Positions 1-7,372 of a stretch of DNA of 64,000 nt are shown one piece after another. The stretch covers positions 1-64,000 of the forward strand of contig DASCPX010000087.1 of assembly GCA_036012755.1 (NCBI GenBank), written 5' to 3'. The first letter of the stretch is position 1, and the number at the start of each line of letters is the position of its first letter. The notes under the pieces were generated by a model. That model was not told the origin of the DNA and ran no database searches. It saw only the letters and a program-made list of their open reading frames with translations. The stretch is from Myxococcota bacterium (GTDB lineage Bacteria > Myxococcota_A > UBA796 > CAJQPC01). Both the position numbers and the translations under genes were made by a program.

Positions 1-330
1 CTTGGAGCCGCCGCCCTTGGAGCCGCCGCCCTTGGAACCGGCATCAGCCTCCGCCTTGGCCTTGGCGCCGCCCTTGGAGCCGCCGCCCTTGGAGCCGCCG
101 CCCTTGGAGCCGCCCTTGGCGCCGCCCTTGGAGCCGACGCCCTTGGAGCCGCCAGCCTTCGGGCCCTTCGAGGCCCCACCAGCCTTTGGTCCCTTGGAGC
201 CGCCGCCGCCGCGCTCGCCCTTGGCACCGCCAGCGCCGCCGCGCCCGCTGCCGCCACCGCTGCGACCACCCTTGCTGCCACCGGCACGACCGCCGCCGCT
301 GCGACCGCCCTTGCTGCCGCCCCGCGAGCC
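1..330. repeat. Imperfect 15-nt coding tandem repeat (cttggagccgccgcc) encoding GGSKG units on the minus strand
   Basis: Exact copies at 1-15 and 16-30, more copies around 74-118, degenerate copies to about 330; no spacers. Confidence 0.85.
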
Positions 331-1158
331 CTTCGACCCGCCGGAGCTGCCGCCACGGTCCTTGCTCCCCTTCTTGCCGTCGCCGGAGCCCAAGATGCGC
401 TCCGCCGAGTCCTTCGCCTTGCCGACGGTCTTCTCCGCCTCCTTCAAGGCGTCCTGGATCTCGGCCCACGGGGACTTGCTCTCGTCCTTGCTGGAGCGGT
501 TGGACGTGACCTTCGAGGCCGCGGACTTCGCATCCTTGATGATGAGCTGGGTCCCGGCAGGGATCTCGGTCCCGTCCTCGATGTCGTTGTCCTCCATGAT
601 CTGCTTGGTGGTGGTGTTGTTCGCCAACGCGACCGACGACGCCGTGGCGCCGCTCCCCGCGGTGACGAGCTTGACCGTGTCGCGCGGGAGGTGGGCCTCG
701 ACCTCGCCCGGAGCCCACTCCTTCATCTTCAGCGCGCAGCGAGCCCGGATGGGCGTACCGTCGCTTCCGAACATGAGGTACGTGACGTTCACGGACTCGA
801 CCACCGCGGTCAGCTGGAAGGAGCCCCAGGTGAACTTCACCTTTGGGGGCCTCTTCTTGTCTGTCGAGCCCTCGGAGAGCTTGACCACCGCGTTGGTCAG
901 GCAGAGGAGCCCGTTGACCCACTTCGTACGAACGTCGCTGTTTTCCTCGTTCGTAGTGTCGAAGTAGAGGTCCATCGAGACGACCATGGGGGCGCCCTTC
1001 TGGAACTCCAGGTTCGGGAGGGTCTGACCCTGGTCGTCGTGCTCCTTCCAGGAGACAGCCTTGTCGGCCTTGAACTCCTTCGGGTTGTACTGAACCTGGA
1101 AGGGAGGGTATCCGGCCTCTAGGTCGATGAAGCTGGCCTTACCACCAGATGTTGCCAT
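1..1158 (-). CDS. eCIS tube-initiator protein (Afp7/Pvc7-like CIS tube domain + LysM-like domain) with long Gly/Ser/Lys tail; 3' end outside window
   Basis: Not in the ORF track because its stop lies outside the window. Manual translation from ATG 1158 (AGGAGG RBS upstream): MATSGGKASFIDLEAGYPPFQVQYNPKEF...LEFQKGAP...DLYFDTT...RPPKVKFTWG...SVNVTYLMFGSDGTPIRARCALKMKE, then a LysM-like segment and GGSKG repeats. Confidence 0.85.
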   Translation of the reverse strand, partial: MATSGGKASFIDLEAGYPPFQVQYNPKEFKADKAVSWKEHDDQGQTLPNLEFQKGAPMVVSMDLYFDTTNEENSDVRTKWVNGLLCLTNAVVKLSEGSTDKKRPPKVKFTWGSFQLTAVVESVNVTYLMFGSDGTPIRARCALKMKEWAPGEVEAHLPRDTVKLVTAGSGATASSVALANNTTTKQIMEDNDIEDGTEIPAGTQLIIKDAKSAASKVTSNRSSKDESKSPWAEIQDALKEAEKTVGKAKDSAERILGSGDGKKGSKDRGGSSGGSKGSRGGSKGGRSGGGRAGGSKGGRSGGGSGRGGAGGAKGERGGGGSKGPKAGGASKGPKAGGSKGVGSKGGAKGGSKGGGSKGGGSKGGAKAKAEADAGSKGGGSKGGGSK

Positions 1159-4100
1159 CGTTGTCCTCCTGGCGACGTTCCTGGCGGAGCTCAAGCTCCC
1201 TCACGACGACTTCGAGAACCTCACGACCGAGGGCCTCGATGTCGACGCTTGCCATAGCCGCCGACTCCGCATTGGAGATGTCCCCGCCTTCCGTCATCCG
1301 CGAGTCCGGACGATCCGCGTGAGCAAGGCGAGCCTCGCGCAGCGCATCGCCGGTCCGCGAAGACTCGGCGAGGTGTATGAGATTACGAAGCTTCTTGGCG
1401 AGCTTCGAGACCTTGTCGTCCCCGATGGCGCCGCTCGTTGCAGCGGTCGCCTTGGGTTTGAGGCCGGTCCAGCCGCTCACGACCCGCGCACTACGGCGGG
1501 CGCGACCGGCGCCTGTGCGAACTGCCCGCGCCGAAGATGGGCGTCTGGCCCCGCTCCGGCGCTCCGCAACGTCAGCGCCATGCGCCGACGCCCGAATCTG
1601 CTCTATGACCTGGACCACCGGTCGCGGGAGCGTCGAGCTCTTCAGCTCGTTCCCACGGGTCAGGATGATCTCGATGATCTCTCGAGGATCGGTAGCCCTG
1701 ACGAGGCCCGCCACCAACTCGGTCGTCGAGCGCAAGCGGTCGGGCACGGTGGCGCGCTCGGCCCAGCCAGGCGCGCCCTTCATCGGCACGCCGCGCTGAG
1801 ACTCGGCCATCACGTCGTGCAGCTGGGGACGATCGATCCCATCGGGTGTGATCATGTCGGGACGGCCCAGGCCGGCCCCTCGGCGAGCGCTCACCCAGGG
1901 AGCGTTGGGGGTCTGCCACACACCGGCGCCGACGAACTGGCCAGGCTGGGTCCTGAAGCTCCGGGCGAAGGCTCCGCGGTAGGCATCCGTCGCGCCGACG
2001 GCCACCCGAGCACCGACCCAGTCCATCGGGCGGGTCTCGCCGAGACGGGCCCCCACCAACGGCGTCGAGGCCGTCCTGCCGGAGCGAGCTCCAGCGAACT
2101 CGCCAGACTGCGTGAGCCAGGTCTCCGTGGGCATCCAGAGACCCCCACCCGTGCGCATGCGACGAGCCGAAGGTCCCGGCGGCATTCCAGGGGACGGCGC
2201 GCTCACCGAGGGGCTCCAGTCCGCTGCGGATCGGGGCCGTGACTGCGTGCGATGGCTGGTGGCGCCGACGAAGTCACCGCTGTCGGTGCGCACCCCGCGA
2301 GTGGGCGCATGCCGCCTCGACGCTGTCCGGTGGAAGCCGGGGCCGCGCTCTGTCTCTTCCCTGGGAACATCTGGCTGGATGACGTGGGCATCCCGCGCTG
2401 GGCTGACCGAGGCATAGGCGACCGGTCCGCGCAAGCGGCGCTCGGCGGCATCCGCGCTCCTGGGAGCGACCGGAGCAGCCCAGGTCGAGCTGGCCGCGCG
2501 AGCCGCCGCCTCGCCGACCAGCGGCACCTCTACGGCCCGGTCCGCCGCCTTCTGGGCGGGAGAACGACGGGTCTTGAAGGTGGCCGCAGGCTGGTAGGGC
2601 ACAGCGCGCCAGGGCTTCTCCACGACCTTCACCGTCGCATGGGGCCGCTCGGCCTTCAGCCTCCTGGCCAGCTTGGTGGCTTCCTCGACGGACTCTACGA
2701 CCAGCGGGGCGAGCAGCGTGCCGGTGTCGACGCGGGGAGCCATCCGCGGGAGCAGGCTGCCACGCGAGGCGGCCGGCGTTCCGGTCGTGGCGAGGCGCTC
2801 TGCGGCCCAGGTGGAAGTGCGCGCACCGATCCACTCGCCATCAGCGGTCTGCGTGCTGCGTGCTGCCGTGAAGATGCCCTTGTCGGTCTTCACCGCCCGG
2901 GACTGCTCGATCGACGAGCTGGAGGTCACCGCGCTGGTTGCGCCAACGAAGCCAGTGGCCGCCGTCCGCATCGCCCTTGCCGCGGCGTGGGCCGAGGCGC
3001 GGGTGGTCAGGCTCCTCGAGCCCGTCCAGTCACCAGCGGTGGTCTGGCCAGAGCGCGCACCGACGAACTCGCCTTCGGGCGTACGGAACGTCCCGCTGGG
3101 ACCGAGGTCTCCTGTCGCGGTCCGATGAACGCGCGCTGCAGGGTCCTCGCGCCGAGCGGTACGAACCGAGGATGACGGCGCCACTGGGGTCGTCGTCTTC
3201 CTGAACGCGCGGGCTCGGGTGTAGGCGCCGGTCTCCGTGCGGACGATCCGGGCAGAGGAGCCGACCGCCGTCGACGGGACGGGACTCGGAGCCAGTCGGT
3301 CGGGGCCGCGCACGCTGCGCGGAGTCCGCACGACGGGAGAGGTGGAGAGCTGGGGCTGGACCTGCTGACCACGAACGACCCGCGCGCCTGCGTGAGCCGT
3401 CTGCGAGGGCTTCGCCGATGGGCTCGCCCAGGGGCTCGCGCCCTGCGTCTGGGCCTCGTCGTGGGTGATGACCTCCATCGACGGGCTGCTGCCCAGGACT
3501 GGACGCAGGCCTCGACGGCGTCGCCGCTGTGGGGCGGCTCGTCCCCGCGCGACCTCGGTCGGGCGAGCGCCGACGGTGGCCTCTGGGGCCTCTTGCATGA
3601 CGGTGCGCAGGACCCGCGCGCCGACAATCCGCTGGAGGACACGGCGAACCTCGATGACACGAACGCGCTCTTCGAGGTGTTCGGTCCGGCGAAGCACGGT
3701 CTCGACCTTGCGCCGGGACGCCGGGTGGAGCTCGAAAGAGGCCTCGGCGAGGGCCCTACGGAGGGGATCCCTGCCTGTCGCCGCCTGGGCGAGACGCCTC
3801 CCCACGCGCTCCGCGGGCCGATCCGCGGCCCGAGAGACCGCGAGGCGAGAGGGCGCCAGCGCACGAGCAGTGAGGGGCTCGAGGCGGCGGGTCAAAAAGG
3901 GCACGCTCGGGACGTACTCGGCGCGCCCCAGGGGCTCCGCCACGCGGGCCGGAGCGCCCTTGGACGTGATCCAGGCGTCTGCGCCGCTGCGGACGCGGAC
4001 GGCTGCACCGCTCGCGGTTCCCCACGCGGAGGACGGGGCCTGGCCGGCCTCGGCGTACTCCGGCGGGATCCACGGCTCCGGCAGGGCCATGTCCGACATA

Positions 4101-4447
4101 CCGAGGGTTCGCACACCAAAGAAGGTGGGTCGGCTCGATTCGCCGGGGAAGCGCCTGCGGGCAGCAGTGCGAGTACCGACGATGCGCGAGGCCCACTGGC
4201 GTTCGCGACGCTGCCGCCGCCAGCGAGCCAGCGCCAGGCGCCGCATGGTCTGGTAGAAGGGCCGCGCAGAGACGAAGGAGAAGGCCTCCTCCGCTTGCTC
4301 GTCAGTCGCGCCCTCCCCCAGCTCGAGCCAGGGGTCTGCGAGGCCAAAGCGCGCATAGAAGGCCGGAGACAGCCCGATTCGGGGCCGCCTGACCGTCCGG
4401 CGCTCCAAGCGCTCGACGAGGCGCTTTCCGGGGTAGCGTCCATCCAT
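1139..4447 (-). CDS. Large Arg/Ala-rich eCIS-associated protein (tape-measure or cargo candidate), 1102 aa
   Basis: Starts 3 nt after the tube gene stop and overlaps the next gene by 20 nt; C-terminal helix VDIEALGREVLEVVVRELELRQERR resembles ends of proteins in this position in eCIS loci; internal TxxG[ED][FW]xGA[RT]S repeats. Confidence 0.65.
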   Translation of the reverse strand: MDGRYPGKRLVERLERRTVRRPRIGLSPAFYARFGLADPWLELGEGATDEQAEEAFSFVSARPFYQTMRRLALARWRRQRRERQWASRIVGTRTAARRRFPGESSRPTFFGVRTLGMSDMALPEPWIPPEYAEAGQAPSSAWGTASGAAVRVRSGADAWITSKGAPARVAEPLGRAEYVPSVPFLTRRLEPLTARALAPSRLAVSRAADRPAERVGRRLAQAATGRDPLRRALAEASFELHPASRRKVETVLRRTEHLEERVRVIEVRRVLQRIVGARVLRTVMQEAPEATVGARPTEVARGRAAPQRRRRRGLRPVLGSSPSMEVITHDEAQTQGASPWASPSAKPSQTAHAGARVVRGQQVQPQLSTSPVVRTPRSVRGPDRLAPSPVPSTAVGSSARIVRTETGAYTRARAFRKTTTPVAPSSSVRTARREDPAARVHRTATGDLGPSGTFRTPEGEFVGARSGQTTAGDWTGSRSLTTRASAHAAARAMRTAATGFVGATSAVTSSSSIEQSRAVKTDKGIFTAARSTQTADGEWIGARTSTWAAERLATTGTPAASRGSLLPRMAPRVDTGTLLAPLVVESVEEATKLARRLKAERPHATVKVVEKPWRAVPYQPAATFKTRRSPAQKAADRAVEVPLVGEAAARAASSTWAAPVAPRSADAAERRLRGPVAYASVSPARDAHVIQPDVPREETERGPGFHRTASRRHAPTRGVRTDSGDFVGATSHRTQSRPRSAADWSPSVSAPSPGMPPGPSARRMRTGGGLWMPTETWLTQSGEFAGARSGRTASTPLVGARLGETRPMDWVGARVAVGATDAYRGAFARSFRTQPGQFVGAGVWQTPNAPWVSARRGAGLGRPDMITPDGIDRPQLHDVMAESQRGVPMKGAPGWAERATVPDRLRSTTELVAGLVRATDPREIIEIILTRGNELKSSTLPRPVVQVIEQIRASAHGADVAERRSGARRPSSARAVRTGAGRARRSARVVSGWTGLKPKATAATSGAIGDDKVSKLAKKLRNLIHLAESSRTGDALREARLAHADRPDSRMTEGGDISNAESAAMASVDIEALGREVLEVVVRELELRQERRQEDNDGNIWW

Positions 4448-4450
4448 GGC

Positions 4451-4987
4451 CTAGCTCTCCTTCCTACCCTTCCTACCCTTGCTCACCTTCACGCCGTGGT
4501 GTCGCCTTCCTCGCCCTCCTCGCCTTCCTTGGCTTCCCTCCTTCCTACTCTTGCTCACCTTCACGCCGTGGTGGGCGAGCTCGACCATCTCGACGGCGAG
4601 CTCGGCCCCGTTGGCGACGAAGTTCGGCCCCTCGTAGGCGACGGGCCATGCGTTGACAAAGGAGTACCGGCGGACCTCGTCCATCGCGAGGTTCTTCATG
4701 ATGATAGCGCCGTTGCGGCGCTTGGTGAAGCCGTCCTCGAGGAACTCCTGCCGCCAGTCCAGGAGCGAGCTGTCGGTGGTGACGCCGTACCGGAGCACGA
4801 TGTTCTCCCACCGGCTCTGACCGGGCAGCTTGTGGACGCGGTGGTTGACACCACCCTCCTCGATCTCGAAGACCTGGGTCGAGGTCTTCAAGCCGTTGCA
4901 CTCCATGAACTGCGCGATTGCCACCCCGTCGATCTCCAGCTGGAAGATGAAGTTGCCTTCGGGGTCGGTGATTTCACGTTCGGCCAT
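4451..4987 (-). CDS. Phage tail tube protein (T4 gp19-like, eCIS tube 2) with basic C-terminal extension
   Basis: F.LEIDG...FMECNGL...EEGGVN...KLPGQSRWENIVLRYG...RRNGAI...NAWPVAYEGP...E.VELAHHG motifs; GGAG RBS. Confidence 0.92.
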   Translation of the reverse strand: MAEREITDPEGNFIFQLEIDGVAIAQFMECNGLKTSTQVFEIEEGGVNHRVHKLPGQSRWENIVLRYGVTTDSSLLDWRQEFLEDGFTKRRNGAIIMKNLAMDEVRRYSFVNAWPVAYEGPNFVANGAELAVEMVELAHHGVKVSKSRKEGSQGRRGGRGRRHHGVKVSKGRKGRKES

Positions 4988-5004
4988 GGGGGTCTCCTAT
5001 AGTG

Positions 5005-6216
5005 CTACACCACCTCGGACTGGCCGAGGCGCAGGTCGATGGTGATGTGCTCGGTGGTGGTGATGGGGCGCAGACGCACCATCACATTCAGCCGACCGGC
5101 TTCGCGTTCGGCCTTTGGATTCGTCTCTGCGTCGCAGCGGACCTCGTAGTCCTTGCCGGCTGCCTTGCCGGTCAGCATTCCCTTCTCCCAGAACTCGTCG
5201 AGCCTGGCTCGCACGTCCCGCTCCAGGATCTTCCAGATGTTGGCGCTGTTCCGCTCGAAGACGACCCACTCGTTGTCCCGGCGGAGCTGCTCGCAGATCA
5301 TGGAGACGATGCGGCGGGAGTTGATGAACTCCCAGCGGTAGTCGGTGCTCATCGTGCGAGCCCCGAAGACCACGACCCCTCGCCCGGGTTGGGTGACGAT
5401 CGGGTTGACGCTGTGGTCGGCCAGCTCTCCGGCCTCGACCCAGGTCATCTCGACCGAGGGGTGGGTCACAGCGCGGACCGGGACGTTGGCCGGCGGCCAG
5501 ACGACGCCAAAGGGCTGATGCTCGCGCTCGGTGCGGGCATAGACGCCGAGGACGGAGCCCGACGGCGGGATGATCTCGTCGCCCTTCATCAGCCAGGGGT
5601 AGTAGACGGCGCCGTAGCTGTAGAGCTCGTTGCCGTCCCCTCTGAACTGAGAGAGCCAAGCCACCAGCGCGTCGCCGTGGAGGTCGCGGGGAGCGTCGAT
5701 GATGAGGAAGCGGTTCGCCATCTCCCGGCAGTGCAGGAGCAACTCGCGGTACAGCACGTCCGCGTGGCCGGTGACCTCGCCGGTCTTGGTGAAGTCGAAG
5801 CGCATGTAGGCCGCCCCGGGCACGGCGATCAGCGCGATGTCCTCTTCCGCGCGGAGGCGCTCCAGGAGAGGCTCGAGCACGCTCTGGGCGGAGGCAGCTG
5901 CGCGGAGGTCGTCCTCGCTGTCGATGCAGACACCGAAGAGCTGGCAGTAGTCCCCGCCGTTGTCGAAGAAGGCCTGCACGGCCCGTCGCGACGCGGGGTC
6001 GAAGAGGCGCTGGAGGGGATGGTCCAGCAGCTCTCTGGGACGCCGAAGCGTCAGTTCGACGAAGTCGCCCGCGGCGGCGTCACGAGGCCACCGGCCTCTT
6101 GGAATGAAGCCCAGAATGGCTGCGATGTCACAACGCACCAGCCCAAATCTGCGGGTCGGCAGAGCAGTGTGCTGGACGGAGATGCCGGGCTTCATCGCGG
6201 CTCCCGAGAGGTTCAT
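5005..6216 (-). CDS. Phage tail sheath family protein (eCIS sheath 2); alternative start at 6195
   Basis: KPGISV N-terminus, AVQAFFDNGG, YGAVYYPWL, PPSGSVLGVYAR, PPAN, VFGARTM, FINSRR, WVVFERN sheath motifs. Confidence 0.92.
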   Translation of the reverse strand: MNLSGAAMKPGISVQHTALPTRRFGLVRCDIAAILGFIPRGRWPRDAAAGDFVELTLRRPRELLDHPLQRLFDPASRRAVQAFFDNGGDYCQLFGVCIDSEDDLRAAASAQSVLEPLLERLRAEEDIALIAVPGAAYMRFDFTKTGEVTGHADVLYRELLLHCREMANRFLIIDAPRDLHGDALVAWLSQFRGDGNELYSYGAVYYPWLMKGDEIIPPSGSVLGVYARTEREHQPFGVVWPPANVPVRAVTHPSVEMTWVEAGELADHSVNPIVTQPGRGVVVFGARTMSTDYRWEFINSRRIVSMICEQLRRDNEWVVFERNSANIWKILERDVRARLDEFWEKGMLTGKAAGKDYEVRCDAETNPKAEREAGRLNVMVRLRPITTTEHITIDLRLGQSEVV

Positions 6217-6234
6217 CCCGGCAGTGCCGGCCCT

Positions 6235-6263
6235 CCCGCCCCCTGGACTAGCCGGGGGGCGGG
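6235..6263. terminator. GC-rich intergenic hairpin (terminator/attenuator or mRNA-stabilising stem)
   Basis: cccgccccctgg-actag-ccggggggcggg: 11 of 12 Watson-Crick pairs, between DUF6760 and sheath 2; no U-tract. Confidence 0.45.
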
Positions 6264-6279
6264 GTGGCTGATGGCCTTG

Positions 6280-6444
6280 CTATCGGGAAGTGTTGATCTT
6301 CTCGTTGATCCGGGAGATTTCCTTGACCCACGAGTGGCGCTCTTTGTGCGACAGCTCGAAGAGGGTCTCCCGGTCCCAGTGGAAGTGGTACGCGATGAAG
6401 GCTACCTCCTTGAGAATATTCTCTAGGGGGTAGCTTACGATTCC
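6280..6444 (-). CDS. DUF6760-like segment, probably translated as a -1 frameshift extension of the upstream tail chaperone
   Basis: YPLENILKEVAFIAYHFHWDRETLFELSHKERHSWVKEISRIN matches the small eCIS DUF6760 pattern; no credible own start codon (GTA at the overlap position). Confidence 0.8.
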   Translation of the reverse strand, partial: GIVSYPLENILKEVAFIAYHFHWDRETLFELSHKERHSWVKEISRINEKINTSR

Positions 6445-6464
6445 CCCAGGCGCCCAAACTCCTT
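6401..6464 (-). promoter_or_regulatory. Programmed -1 ribosomal frameshift cassette
   Basis: On the mRNA: AAGGAG (6464-6459), 11 nt, G GGG GAA (6447-6441), 6-nt spacer UCGUAA, then a 13-bp stem-loop GCUACCCCCUAGAGAAUAUUCUCAAGGAGGUAGC (6434-6401). Confidence 0.75.
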
Positions 6465-6803
6465 GTCGAAGCGGGCACCACATTCGGGGCAGCTCACCCG
6501 TACCGTGGCCTCATCCTCGTTGATGCGGTTGTACATCTCTTCGAGGAACCTCAAGTCGCCTGCGAACAGGTTCTCGACGACTCCGGTGTTGACCTCTGCG
6601 AGATTCCCGAGGCGAGTAATGACCCTGCTCAGCAAGACGATGATGAGGTAGGCGCGGTTGCGTTGGACGCGCATGTCGTTCAGAGGAACGATCTCGTCCT
6701 TCGCATTCGCCAGCCGCATCACGCCTTCCTTGTGGATATTGCCGTCTTTGTCGACGTACCCACGGGGCAGGATGAAATCGTACTCGGTCTTGAGTTCACT
6801 CAC
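6435..6803 (-). CDS. eCIS tail assembly chaperone-like protein
   Basis: TEYDFILPRGYVD...EGVMRLANAKDEI...LLSRVITRLG...ENLFAGDL..LEEMYNRIN...CPECG..RLGES; lies directly after the tube gene; GTG start. Confidence 0.8.
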   Translation of the reverse strand: MSELKTEYDFILPRGYVDKDGNIHKEGVMRLANAKDEIVPLNDMRVQRNRAYLIIVLLSRVITRLGNLAEVNTGVVENLFAGDLRFLEEMYNRINEDEATVRVSCPECGARFDKEFGRLGES

Positions 6804-6859
6804 AGCGGTCCCTCGATCAGCTTGTACAGCACCAACGAGGCGAAGCTGCTCCTAGTTTC

Positions 6860-7303
6860 CTAGGCGCGCTCCACCTTCTCGACCGCGATCTCGACCTTCT
6901 CGATGGCCATGCCGGATGTATCGGAATCCATGTCCGGCACGTACCACTTGCAAGGCCACCCTTCGTAGAAGTTGTACCGTGCGACCTCGGTCTCGCCGTC
7001 CTGGTCCAGGACAACGATCGAGCCCGCGCGACGGTCGATCTTTCCGTCTTCGATGTTCTTCCGCCATTGCCACAGGTCATTTGTCGCGGTGTAGCCACGC
7101 TCGAGAACGATGTTCGCGTACGTGGTGCGACCCGGCTTTTTGCGAACGACCTTGTCGTTCCCCTGCTTGAACTCGATGATCTCAGTCTCCGAGTCCATTC
7201 CACTGATGGACTTGAAGCCGCCGATGATCACTTTGGTGTCATTGATGACACCCTGGATCTCCAGCAGGAAGTGGTAAGCACCGTAGAGCTCTTCGGTGGG
7301 CAT
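6860..7303 (-). CDS. Phage tail tube protein (T4 gp19-like, eCIS major tube)
   Basis: YHFLLEI...GGFKSISGM...EFKQG...RKKPGRTTYANIVLERG...LWQWR...RRAGSIVVLD...GWPCKW motifs. Confidence 0.95.
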   Translation of the reverse strand: MPTEELYGAYHFLLEIQGVINDTKVIIGGFKSISGMDSETEIIEFKQGNDKVVRKKPGRTTYANIVLERGYTATNDLWQWRKNIEDGKIDRRAGSIVVLDQDGETEVARYNFYEGWPCKWYVPDMDSDTSGMAIEKVEIAVEKVERA

Positions 7304-7372
7304 TTGGGTGGTCCTCTCTAGTTGCCCCTGACCCTGACGGTTTCAGGTCCGGGTGGTTGAGGTCAGTGGGAT

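Noticed and set aside
1..330. Possible CRISPR array
   Set aside because: 15-nt contiguous coding repeats with no spacers and no cas genes.
2..967. Pro-rich 321-aa plus-strand ORF
   Set aside because: Antisense shadow of the real minus-strand tube-initiator gene (1-1158).
6445..6483. ATG start for a 67-aa DUF6760 ORF (MWCPLRQ...)
   Set aside because: Lies inside the chaperone CPECG coding region with no evident RBS; the frameshift model explains the junction better.
7325..7370. Hairpin between sheath and tube genes
   Set aside because: Only a short imperfect inverted repeat (ctgacc/ggtcag); too weak to call.
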